Assembly (NCBI GenBank): GCA_963664305.2
Contig: CAXXLV010000002.1
Span: forward strand, 224,001 to 288,000
Length of the DNA stretch: 64,000 bases
Direction of reading: 5' to 3'
Origin: an uncultured Aliarcobacter sp.
GTDB taxonomy: Bacteria > Campylobacterota > Campylobacteria > Campylobacterales > Arcobacteraceae
Part shown: positions 48,571 through 57,709 of the stretch, piece after piece
Layout of the letters: the number at the start of each line of letters is the position of its first letter
How positions within the stretch are numbered: the first letter of the stretch is position 1
The notes under the pieces: generated by a model
The model's database searches: none
What the model was told of the DNA's origin: nothing
Seen by the model: the letters and a program-made list of their open reading frames with translations, nothing else
Translations under genes and position numbers: made by a program

Positions 48571-51084
48571 TTTGATAGAGTAAACTTCTAAATATCTCAT
48601 AATAATTGCTGAGATATAAGGAATACTTTGAATAAAAATAGTTGCAGCAAATACATAGATTTCTGTAATACCAGTTTTATTAGTAAAAATTAAAGCAAAG
48701 AATGAAGCTAATAATAAAACTCCAAGAATTGTTTCATGTTTTATTGGATTAGCACTTTTTTTAGCCGCTTTTCCACCTTTTTGAGTTCTTTTAAATGGTA
48801 ATCCATCTTTAACAAATCCATCATAAACAGCTTTGAAAATAATAAGTTGTAAACTCATAGAAGCTATTGAACTTAAAATAGTATTTTTAATACTTGTTTT
48901 TACTTTCATTCTATATAAAATAAATGTATGTAAAATATTTACCAAAAATGCTGTAATAATTGGAATAGTCAATGGAATTGTTGGAATTGTCACCCCAACA
49001 AAAATGATAACTGGAACCCAAATAATATTCATAATAGCCATAACAGGACCCATAGCATCACTTAACCAGAAGAACCAACCAGCTACGAATTTTTTCTTTT
49101 GATTTGGAGTTAATTTATTTGCTGATGGTTTAAACTCTTTCCAGTGTTTTTTAAGAATTTGAATTGCTCCATAAGCCCATCTATGTCTTTGTGTTTTAAA
49201 TGCTTCAACAGTATCAGGAAGTAATCCATAACCATATCTTCTATTTGTATAGTGAGCAATATATCCAGCTTCAAATAGTCTTAATCCTAATTCACTATCT
49301 TCAACAATTGTGTCAGTTCCCCAACCACCAACTTCCATCATAGCACTTAGTCTTACCATTACCATTGTTCCATGAACAACAATAGCGTTTTCTTCATTTC
49401 TATCAATCATACCAATATCAAAGAAACCAGCATATTCTGCATTCATAGCTGCTTTAATAATTGATTCATCACCATCTCTATGATCTTGAGGAGCTTGAAC
49501 AATAGCAACTTTTGGGTCATCAAATAAAGGAACTAAATCTACTAACCAAGGTGACTCAACTACATAATCAGCATCAATAACTGCAATAATTTCAGCTCTT
49601 TTATCTGTTTGTTCAAGTGCTGCATTTAGAGCACCAGCTTTAAATCCAGTACATGTAATATTCATAAATACAAATTTTTCACCTAACTCTTCACACAATT
49701 TTTCAATTGGTTTCCAGTAGAATTCTTCTGGTGTGTTATTGATAATAACAAGAACTTCATAATTTGGATATTTAAGTCTACTTAATGCTCTTAATGTCTC
49801 TTCTAAAACATGAGGTTGTTCTTTATAAGCTGGAACATGAATAGAAACAAAAGGTGCATTTTCTGATCTTAAATCAAGTGGTACTAATCTTGTTGGAGGA
49901 GTTCCAATTGAACATTTAAATAATTCATTAGCTTTTGCAAGAGTAATAATAACTAATGGAATCATTAAGAAAGTTCCCATTCCCCACATTACCCACATAC
50001 CAAAGTTCATATAGTTTGTGAATGGATAAATAACAGCCATTACAATACCAAATGCCATACCTTGTGCTGCAATTGCATAAGCTATTGAGTGACTTAAATT
50101 TAATCTTTGATTTCTTAAACCATAAAGAGTGATTAATGCCCCAATTATAATGGCAGCAATCATTTGATATAACCAATATTGATTTAATTCAATGTCACCA
50201 TTTAAATTAAATTTTAGTTCTCTATCAGATGTAAAAATTCCCCAATATTGTCCAACATTTCCTTCATCATAACCTTTCCATTGTTGGTCAAATGCTTCGA
50301 TTATGTTATATGTCCATCCATTTTCTTTTGCAAGGTTAATAAATCCTCTAATAGCCATAGCTTGGTTTTTTAAACTAGGAACTGCACCTCTATTATTATA
50401 ACCATGACTTGGCCAACCTGTTTCACCAATTGCTATTTTTTTATTTGGATGAATGTTTTTTACAAGATTGTATTTTTCAACTACAAATGAGTTGTATTGG
50501 TCAATAGGAATTTTTTCCCAATAAGGTAAGATATGAATTGTTAAAAAGTCAACATGTTTAGCAAGTTCTGGAACTCTTTCCCAAACATCCCAAGTTTCAG
50601 CAGTTGTGATTGGTTTATCTGTATATTCTCTCATAAAATCAATATAAGCCATAAGTTCAACTTCAGTTATATCAGCTCTTAAAAGAGTTTCATTTCCAAC
50701 TATTACATTTGCAATAGAATCAGGATATTTTTCAAGTAACTTAATTGCTCTTTCAATTTCTTTGAAGTTTTCTTTTAAATCACCACTTAACCAAAGTCCT
50801 AAATCAATAGGCATATCAGTTTTAGAAGTTACTTCTAAAATAGCTTTTGCTTCTGAAGCTGCATATGTTCTAACTTTGTTTGTGAAATGTGACAACATAC
50901 TAATGTCATCTTCAATTTGTTGATATGACAACATTTTTTTATCATATCCCTCATATGGAGAATACGAAAGTGACTCAATTTTGTCAAAAGAGTCTTCAGA
51001 TAAAGACACACGATTATCTTGAGTAATCCAAAAGAATACTTGAAATAATCCTGCCATAATAAGACCTAAGATAATATATCTCAA
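48553..51084 (-). CDS. GH17 + GT2 fusion, NdvB-like periplasmic beta-glucan synthase
   Basis: VGNE, HILPYWE, GETGWPS and EAFDQ.WK (GH17); FKAGALN, DADY, VEDSE and QRHRW (processive GT2); TTG start. Confidence 0.88.
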   Translation of the reverse strand: MRYIILGLIMAGLFQVFFWITQDNRVSLSEDSFDKIESLSYSPYEGYDKKMLSYQQIEDDISMLSHFTNKVRTYAASEAKAILEVTSKTDMPIDLGLWLSGDLKENFKEIERAIKLLEKYPDSIANVIVGNETLLRADITEVELMAYIDFMREYTDKPITTAETWDVWERVPELAKHVDFLTIHILPYWEKIPIDQYNSFVVEKYNLVKNIHPNKKIAIGETGWPSHGYNNRGAVPSLKNQAMAIRGFINLAKENGWTYNIIEAFDQQWKGYDEGNVGQYWGIFTSDRELKFNLNGDIELNQYWLYQMIAAIIIGALITLYGLRNQRLNLSHSIAYAIAAQGMAFGIVMAVIYPFTNYMNFGMWVMWGMGTFLMIPLVIITLAKANELFKCSIGTPPTRLVPLDLRSENAPFVSIHVPAYKEQPHVLEETLRALSRLKYPNYEVLVIINNTPEEFYWKPIEKLCEELGEKFVFMNITCTGFKAGALNAALEQTDKRAEIIAVIDADYVVESPWLVDLVPLFDDPKVAIVQAPQDHRDGDESIIKAAMNAEYAGFFDIGMIDRNEENAIVVHGTMVMVRLSAMMEVGGWGTDTIVEDSELGLRLFEAGYIAHYTNRRYGYGLLPDTVEAFKTQRHRWAYGAIQILKKHWKEFKPSANKLTPNQKKKFVAGWFFWLSDAMGPVMAIMNIIWVPVIIFVGVTIPTIPLTIPIITAFLVNILHTFILYRMKVKTSIKNTILSSIASMSLQLIIFKAVYDGFVKDGLPFKRTQKGGKAAKKSANPIKHETILGVLLLASFFALIFTNKTGITEIYVFAATIFIQSIPYISAIIMRYLEVYSIKNNQKS

Positions 51085-51194
51085 CTTAGTTTCCTTTAAT
51101 AATAAATAATGGCGAATATTAACATTTTTTAGTTTATTTTTGTTAATAAAATGAAATTAAATTGAGATAGATGGTTTAATTTTGTTTATTTTTA

Positions 51195-51677
51195 TTAGAT
51201 TAGTCTGTTTTTTGTAACAATTACTCCATCATTATCTGCATAAATATAATCACCATTATTAAAAGTTACTCCTTCAAAATTCAGTTCTACATCTCTTGAA
51301 GATTCAGTTTTTTCAAAATTTCTTAAAGGACAAGTTCCAATTGCATATAATCCAACATCAATATTTTTAGTTTCATCTGTATCTCTTACATAACCATTTA
51401 AAATAATTGCTTGCCAGTTATTATTTTTTGCAAAAGTCATTAATTTATCACCAACTACTCCAAAAAATTCTTGAGAATTGTCAACAACTACAATTTTACC
51501 TTCTCCATCTTCATCTCTTAACATTTCAAGTAATCTCCAGTTACTTTTATCTAATTTTACAGTTACTATTTGTCCACTAAATTTTTTTAGTCCACCATAG
51601 TTTTTAAATTTTGAAGATAATACTTGTATATTTTTATCTCTGTTATCATCACATAAATCTGCTGTTTGAATGTTCAT
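51195..51677 (-). CDS. rraA: RraA-family protein (regulator of RNase E / HMG aldolase)
   Basis: TADLCD, G.IVTVK, VGD, GYVRD and DNDGV motifs. Confidence 0.88.
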   Translation of the reverse strand: MNIQTADLCDDNRDKNIQVLSSKFKNYGGLKKFSGQIVTVKLDKSNWRLLEMLRDEDGEGKIVVVDNSQEFFGVVGDKLMTFAKNNNWQAIILNGYVRDTDETKNIDVGLYAIGTCPLRNFEKTESSRDVELNFEGVTFNNGDYIYADNDGVIVTKNRLI

Positions 51678-51854
51678 TTCTTTTCCTTCTCTCCTAAGTT
51701 ATAATGTAATAGTAATCAAAACAAATGTATAAAAAGTGTATAAATTAAAAAAAAATAAAATTTTTAAACTAATTTTTAAAGATAAGCAAAAAAGTAACAA
51801 TGTGATAATTATATGAAATATTATATAATCCCAAAAAAATTTATGTGAGAAAAA

Positions 51855-52784
51855 ATGAAAAAATTTACCCAAGAAACAATGTTTGAGATAATTTCTTATT
51901 TAGAAAATGAGTTGAAAGAAAAAGATGAGATTTTATTTGAAGTATTAAATCCAGATATAAAAATTGATATTTATGCAGGAGAAATTTACAAAAAAGAAAA
52001 TGAGAAATTTATTTATAGGTCATATAAATCTTGGTGTGATTTAGCTGAATTGCTTTTTTGTAAAATGTTAATAGAGTCTTTAAATAAAGATATTGTAGTT
52101 TTGAAATTTCAAAAGTTAAATAAATTTGATTCTTTTCATAATGATACAAATGATGAAAAAAATGAGAAATATGGTGAAGATTCTACATTTTTTAGAATAA
52201 ATAAAAATGAAGAACCAGTTTTTTTGTATTCATATATGAAAGCATTAATAAATGTAAAAATAGAAGAGAAAAAAAATATTTTGAATTTAGGAATAAATAA
52301 AGCAGATGAGTTTGAAGTTATAAAAGAACTTTTAGATGAAGAAACTTTAAAAAATATTTCATTTACCGGAATTGATTATTCATCAAGTGCAATAGAATTT
52401 GCAAAAAAAAGATTTCCAAGTGAAAATTTCAATTTTTATACCCATGATATAAATAAATTGAGTGAGTTAAATTTAAAAAAAGCAGATTTAATAATTTCAA
52501 TTGGAACATTACAAAGTTCAGGATTAAATTTTAAACTATTATTTATGGATTTAATTCAAAACTATTTGGAAGATAAGGGTTCTATAATTTTAGGTTTTCC
52601 AAATTGTAGATGGATTAATGGAGAAATGATTTATGGAGCAAAGGCTCCAAACTATTCTTATAGTGAACAATCAATTTTATATAAAGATGTATATTTTTGT
52701 AAAAAATATTTACAACAAAAAAAATATAGAGTCACTTTAACTGGAAAAAACTATCTTTTTCTGACAGCAACTTCTATAAAATAA
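51855..52784 (+). CDS. Class I SAM-dependent methyltransferase-like protein
   Basis: ILNLG, GIDYS..AI and DLIISIG motifs; substrate unknown. Confidence 0.7.
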   Translation: MKKFTQETMFEIISYLENELKEKDEILFEVLNPDIKIDIYAGEIYKKENEKFIYRSYKSWCDLAELLFCKMLIESLNKDIVVLKFQKLNKFDSFHNDTNDEKNEKYGEDSTFFRINKNEEPVFLYSYMKALINVKIEEKKNILNLGINKADEFEVIKELLDEETLKNISFTGIDYSSSAIEFAKKRFPSENFNFYTHDINKLSELNLKKADLIISIGTLQSSGLNFKLLFMDLIQNYLEDKGSIILGFPNCRWINGEMIYGAKAPNYSYSEQSILYKDVYFCKKYLQQKKYRVTLTGKNYLFLTATSIK

Positions 52785-52851
52785 TAAAAATTTAGTTTCT
52801 TTATCTATTTTTTTTTGTTACAATTAGTTATATAAATTTAAGGAGTCTATT

Positions 52852-53136
52852 ATGCCAGCAAAACATATAGAAATTAAAACGTTTAAGTTAGCTCATACAA
52901 CTGATGATGTTGTAAAAATAGAGCATGTTGAAAAACCTTATGGTGAATATAGTAGCCCTGTAGTTAGTATTGCTGTTTATTCTCACGGTAAAACTAAAAT
53001 TTCAGAGGTTGAAATTCCTTATGAAAATATACAAGAATTTTTAAAAGCTTTAAATGAATCTATTGCTTTATGTGAATCAATACCTCACAATCCAATTCAT
53101 GGAGAATTAAATTCTGAAATTGGTGGAGGAGCCTAA
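52852..53136 (+). CDS. Hypothetical protein
   Basis: 94 aa, strong AAGGAG RBS; no family recognised. Confidence 0.7.
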   Translation: MPAKHIEIKTFKLAHTTDDVVKIEHVEKPYGEYSSPVVSIAVYSHGKTKISEVEIPYENIQEFLKALNESIALCESIPHNPIHGELNSEIGGGA

Positions 53137-53139
53137 TAG

Positions 53140-53595
53140 ATGAATGAAATTTCATCAGATATCAAAAGGTCGAACTTCTCAAGTTCGACCTTTATTTTTT
53201 TAGCCTTTTTAGTATCTTTAGTTGCAACGTTAGGAAGTCTTTTTTTCTCAGAGATTATGCATTTTATTCCTTGTTCTTTATGTTGGTATCAAAGAATTTT
53301 TATGTATCCATTGGTTTTATTATTTTTAATTAATCTTTTGTATCCTGATGATAAAATTTTTAAATATAGTTTTCCTTTAGTTATTATTGGATTGTTAATT
53401 TCAATTTATCATAACTTATTGATTTATAAAGTAATTCCTGAAAATTTATCTCCATGTGTTAGTGGAATTCCATGTTCTGTTGATTATTTAAATTGGTTTG
53501 GTTTTATTACAATTCCTTTGTTATCTTTTTTTTCTTATACTATCATTCTTATTTTATTAATTTTATTTAAAAGGAAAAGTGTAGATGCAGAATAA
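53140..53595 (+). CDS. dsbB: Disulfide bond formation protein (DsbB/BdbC type)
   Basis: PCSLCWYQR, second Cys pair CVSGIPC, TIPLLS; four TM segments. Confidence 0.88.
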   Translation: MNEISSDIKRSNFSSSTFIFLAFLVSLVATLGSLFFSEIMHFIPCSLCWYQRIFMYPLVLLFLINLLYPDDKIFKYSFPLVIIGLLISIYHNLLIYKVIPENLSPCVSGIPCSVDYLNWFGFITIPLLSFFSYTIILILLILFKRKSVDAE

Positions 53596-54232
53596 AAAGT
53601 TAGTATTAGGTTCATTGGTTAGTTTGATTATTTTATTTATAGGATTAGCTATTTTTTACAAAAATAATGAAGTTAAAGAAGATGAAAAAAAAGTTTTAAG
53701 TAAAAGTGATTTATTAGTTAGAGAACATTCTATTAAATTTGGTGAAAATAAAAAAAATATTTCAGTTGTTGAGTTTGTTGACCCTGAGTGTGAATCTTGT
53801 GCAATGTTTTATCCAATTCTTAGAAAATTATATAAAGATTATCATGAAGATATTCAGTTAGTTGTTAAATATATTCCAAATCATTTAAATTCAAAATTTG
53901 CTATAAGAATTTTGGAAGCTTCAAGAGAACAAAACAAATATGAAGAAGTTTTAAGTATGATTTTTGAAAAACAACCTTTATGGGCACAACATAATAATGA
54001 AAAACCAGAGTTATTATGGGAGTTTTTAGCAACAATTCCTGATTTAGATATGAATAAATTAAAAGAAGATTCAACAAATCCTAAAATTGATAAAATTATG
54101 GAAATTGATTCTTCTGATGCCAGAGAAATTGGAGTAAGAGGTACCCCAACAATTTTTGTAAATGGAAAAAGATTAGCAGTTTTATCTCAAAAAGATTTAT
54201 TTGATTTAGTTGAAGCTGAGATTTATAAATAA
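53585..54232 (+). CDS. dsbA: DsbA/BdbD-family thiol-disulfide oxidoreductase
   Basis: N-terminal anchor, DPECESC active site, GVRGTPTIFVNG cis-Pro loop. Confidence 0.82.
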   Translation: MQNKKLVLGSLVSLIILFIGLAIFYKNNEVKEDEKKVLSKSDLLVREHSIKFGENKKNISVVEFVDPECESCAMFYPILRKLYKDYHEDIQLVVKYIPNHLNSKFAIRILEASREQNKYEEVLSMIFEKQPLWAQHNNEKPELLWEFLATIPDLDMNKLKEDSTNPKIDKIMEIDSSDAREIGVRGTPTIFVNGKRLAVLSQKDLFDLVEAEIYK

Positions 54233-54241
54233 GGATATTTA

Positions 54242-55423
54242 ATGTCATTTTTTGAAGAAATAAAAAATAGTTTGTCTCTTTTAAAAGAGTCAAATTATGA
54301 TTTTGGAGTTGTTTATTCGCAAAATCCAAATAATATAAATATATTTATTTTAATTTCTATTGTTTTATTTATAAGTGCAATTATTCTTATTGTTAATGCA
54401 TTTAAAAAATCTCAATTATCAAAAGATGTTTCAACTATTAAAGATTGTTCAGATTTTATAGAATTTGATAAAAAATTGACAAAAATCTCAAGTGAAATAT
54501 CAAAAAGAGGTTTAGAAATAGCAAATAAATTAAATCTTACAAAAAATGATATTTATGAAAAAGCTCTATTTTTAATCAAAGATTTTAATATCAAAGAAAA
54601 AATTGATGCTTATAAAAAAATCTCAAATAATTTTGATTTGATTTCTAAAAATACAAAAAGATATGAAATAGGGGAATTAAACAATTTTTTTGAAGAAAAA
54701 TCTATTTCATTATTGGAAAAAAATCTTTTGAAAGAGATAGAAAGTTATTATAAAAATACAAGATTTTGTGAAAATGATGTCGAATTTGTAAATAGTATAG
54801 TTTCTTATTCAAAGAATTTACCAAATCCTTTTTCTATTTTAAATCCTTTACAAGAAGAGATAAACAAATTTAGTTTAGCATTTAATTTAGATGTATATAA
54901 ATTTATTAAAAAATTAACAAAAAACTTTTCAGGAGAAATTTTTGTTAAATCTAATAAAAAATTAGATGATTTATTTAAAAATGAAGAAGCAATTATTTCA
55001 GAAGTTATTTTGAAATATATTTTAGAAAATGAAAATAAACAAAAAGTTTATGATTATATTTCAAATTTGAAAAATAAAATTTATTTACAAAATTTGTATT
55101 ATAAATTTTTTGAACAAAGTGATGATTTAGATTTTAATTTATCATTTATAAAAAATAAAACAGAAATAGAAAATGATTATAAAGAGTATTTAGATAGCCA
55201 AATAACTTATCATTGGAAAGATTTAGATTATATAAAATATATTTTAAATGCTCCAAGAGTTTTACAAATAATTGGACATGATGATTATAGAACTATTTTA
55301 GAAAGAATGGAAAAATTGGAAAAAGAAGTTGATTTTAAAGCAACAGTATCAGAAATTTTGAATGTTGCAAAAAATGCAGAAAAAATTGCTAAAGAAGCAA
55401 AAGCAATAGCAAGAAGTAAATAA
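54242..55423 (+). CDS. Hypothetical single-TM protein
   Basis: Long ORF in operon with one TM near the N-terminus; no family recognised. Confidence 0.7.
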   Translation: MSFFEEIKNSLSLLKESNYDFGVVYSQNPNNINIFILISIVLFISAIILIVNAFKKSQLSKDVSTIKDCSDFIEFDKKLTKISSEISKRGLEIANKLNLTKNDIYEKALFLIKDFNIKEKIDAYKKISNNFDLISKNTKRYEIGELNNFFEEKSISLLEKNLLKEIESYYKNTRFCENDVEFVNSIVSYSKNLPNPFSILNPLQEEINKFSLAFNLDVYKFIKKLTKNFSGEIFVKSNKKLDDLFKNEEAIISEVILKYILENENKQKVYDYISNLKNKIYLQNLYYKFFEQSDDLDFNLSFIKNKTEIENDYKEYLDSQITYHWKDLDYIKYILNAPRVLQIIGHDDYRTILERMEKLEKEVDFKATVSEILNVAKNAEKIAKEAKAIARSK

Positions 55424-55426
55424 ATT

Positions 55427-55723
55427 ATGGAATACATATTTGCTTTATTATTAAGTGCTATATTTACATTTCTCTTTATATCTTTTAAGAGAAAAAATAG
55501 TAGTGTTTTAAAATCAAAAGTAGTAAAAAAAGATGAATTAATCGAGTCTTATAAACTTGAACTTCAAGATATTTTAAAAGAGTATGAAGATAATAAAGAG
55601 TTACAGATGCAAGAAAGAATAAAATTTCTTAAAAGAGTAAATCATGAATTATCAATGAATATCTTTTTTGATGAAAATGAAGCGAAAGAGTTACTACAAG
55701 AATTGTCAAGGTTAGGAAAATGA
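55427..55723 (+). CDS. Hypothetical membrane-anchored protein
   Basis: N-terminal TM; tightly packed in the operon. Confidence 0.65.
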   Translation: MEYIFALLLSAIFTFLFISFKRKNSSVLKSKVVKKDELIESYKLELQDILKEYEDNKELQMQERIKFLKRVNHELSMNIFFDENEAKELLQELSRLGK

Positions 55724-56295
55724 TGAGAAAATGTTTAGTTTTTAGTTTATTAGTTTTAGGTGTATTATTTAGTGGTTGTGATTCAAAATCTACAATAGAT
55801 GGAAATGTTCTTGCAAAACAAAAAAAAGAGGAAGTAAATACAAACTTTGAACCTCAATCTTTTGCATTAATTACAACAGATGAAAAGTTTATCAGTTTTA
55901 CAAGTACAGCTCAAGGTTTAGATTTTGATGAATTTAAAGGTAAAAAAGCAGTTTTAATTGATGTTTTTGCAACTTGGTGTCCACCTTGTATAGAAGAAAT
56001 ACCAACTTTAGTTGAATTAAAAGAAAAATATAAAGACCAATTTGAAATAGTTTCAGTTTTATTTGAAAGAGATAAAACAAAAGAAGAGATAGAAGCTTTT
56101 ATGAAAGAACATGGAATTAATTATCCAATTACAATGGGTGAAGAAAACTTTAGACTTGCAAAAGAGTTAGGTGATGTAAAAAAAGTTCCAGAAATGTTTT
56201 TATTCTCAAAAGATGGACGATTTATAAATAAATTTATTGGTAAAACATCTAAAGAAGATTTAGAACAGTATATAAAAATGGCAATTGAAAACTAA
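55720..56295 (+). CDS. TlpA/ResA-like thioredoxin lipoprotein
   Basis: Lipobox FSGC, FATWCPPC..EIP and VP cis-Pro. Confidence 0.9.
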   Translation: MMRKCLVFSLLVLGVLFSGCDSKSTIDGNVLAKQKKEEVNTNFEPQSFALITTDEKFISFTSTAQGLDFDEFKGKKAVLIDVFATWCPPCIEEIPTLVELKEKYKDQFEIVSVLFERDKTKEEIEAFMKEHGINYPITMGEENFRLAKELGDVKKVPEMFLFSKDGRFINKFIGKTSKEDLEQYIKMAIEN

Positions 56296-56927
56296 TTTAA
56301 AATAGTTTTCAATTCTTTTAGAGTTTCTATAAAATAACTTGCTTTTGAAAAATCTTGTGTGAGAGTAAATTCATTTTTTACAATCACACATTCTATTCCT
56401 GCTTTATGAGCTGCTGTTAAACCCCTTGTTGAGTCTTCAACTACAATTGCCTCACTTTTTTTTGCTTTAAAGAGTTCTAGACCTTTTAAATATGGTTCAG
56501 GATGTGGTTTTGCATAATTATAATCTTCTTCACAAAGAACAAAATCCATAAAATCAACTATTCCTAGATTTTTATGAATAATTTCAAAATCAACTCTTCT
56601 TGATGTAGTTACTATTCCCATTTTATAATCTTTAGATAATTCTTTTAGAACATCTTTTACACCATCAATTAGAATATTTTCCGTTCTTAAAAAATTTTGA
56701 TAATATTCATTTCTTTTATTTCTTGCAATTTCAACTTCAGTAAATGAAAAACCTTTATTTAAAGCTTTTTGCCAAACAGTTGTTCCTTCACTCATTATTT
56801 TCATATATTCTTCAAATTCTAACTCTACATTAAAAAACTCTTTTAAAGCTTGTATATTTGCTTTAAAATATAAAGGTTCAGTATGAACTAAAACACCATC
56901 ATTATCAAAAAGTATATATTTTTTCAT
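56292..56927 (-). CDS. HAD-superfamily hydrolase
   Basis: FDNDGVL, VTTS, KPHPEPY and VEDS motifs. Confidence 0.9.
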   Translation of the reverse strand: MKKYILFDNDGVLVHTEPLYFKANIQALKEFFNVELEFEEYMKIMSEGTTVWQKALNKGFSFTEVEIARNKRNEYYQNFLRTENILIDGVKDVLKELSKDYKMGIVTTSRRVDFEIIHKNLGIVDFMDFVLCEEDYNYAKPHPEPYLKGLELFKAKKSEAIVVEDSTRGLTAAHKAGIECVIVKNEFTLTQDFSKASYFIETLKELKTILN

Positions 56928-56961
56928 TTATTAAGATTATTCCTATTTTAAAAATTTAGTT

Positions 56962-56994
56962 AAAAAAAAAGGAAGCTTATAAAAAGCTTCCTTT
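56962..56994 (-). terminator. Intrinsic terminator
   Basis: Plus strand A9-GGAAGCTT-ATAAA-AAGCTTCC-TTT, i.e. a GC stem followed by poly-U on the minus strand. Confidence 0.85.
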
Positions 56995-57069
56995 ATCTTG
57001 TATATATTAGGAGGAGTAAAGTTAAAAAAAATCTTAACATCGCAAATTAAGGTTTGTCTATCAACTTAT
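56962..57069 (-). ncRNA. Candidate small RNA with anti-Shine-Dalgarno motif
   Basis: Minus-strand TATAAT (57081-57076), then ~107 nt containing CUCCUCCU (57016-57009), ending in an AAAGGAAGCUU/AAGCUUCCUUU hairpin + U9. Ends approximate. Confidence 0.5.
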
Positions 57070-57145
57070 AAAGTAATTATAATAGCTATGTATTAACCTT
57101 TCTTAAATCAAAAGTTAACAAAGTGTGAATAAGATAAAAAAACTC

Positions 57146-57709
57146 TTAATTTTGCCATTTATCTTTAGGTGCATTATAATTTAAAATTCTTTCAATAATT
57201 TCGTCAATATTATCAGAAACGATTAACATATCAACATAATCTTTTTTTATAAAACCTTCTTTTACACAGTTTCTTAAGAAATCAAGTAACTTATCATAAT
57301 AACCATTTATATTAAAAAATGCACAAGGTTTTTTATGATAACCAATTTGTGCAGATGTTATAACATCAAAAATTTCTTCAAATGTTCCATAACCACCAGG
57401 AATTGCTATAAATGCATCAGATAAATCTTCCATTTTAGCTTTTCTTTCATCCATAGTATTTACTCTATAAATTTTTGTAAGATTTTTATTTTCAAGTTCT
57501 TTATTTATTAAATCAAAAGTAATTACACCTGTAACACTATTGCTACATTTTAAAGATTCATTTGAAACTATTCCCATAAGTCCTTGTAAAGAGCCACCAT
57601 AAACAATATTTAAATTTCTTTGTGCAAGTTTTTGGGCTAAAATTTTTGTTTGTTCTTCATAAATCTTATCATTTCCAAATGAAGAACCACAGTAAATAGC
57701 AATGTTCAT
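57146..57709 (-). CDS. LOG-family nucleotide phosphoribohydrolase
   Basis: IYCGS, VYGG..GLMG, MDERK and PGGYGTFEE motifs. Confidence 0.9.
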   Translation of the reverse strand: MNIAIYCGSSFGNDKIYEEQTKILAQKLAQRNLNIVYGGSLQGLMGIVSNESLKCSNSVTGVITFDLINKELENKNLTKIYRVNTMDERKAKMEDLSDAFIAIPGGYGTFEEIFDVITSAQIGYHKKPCAFFNINGYYDKLLDFLRNCVKEGFIKKDYVDMLIVSDNIDEIIERILNYNAPKDKWQN

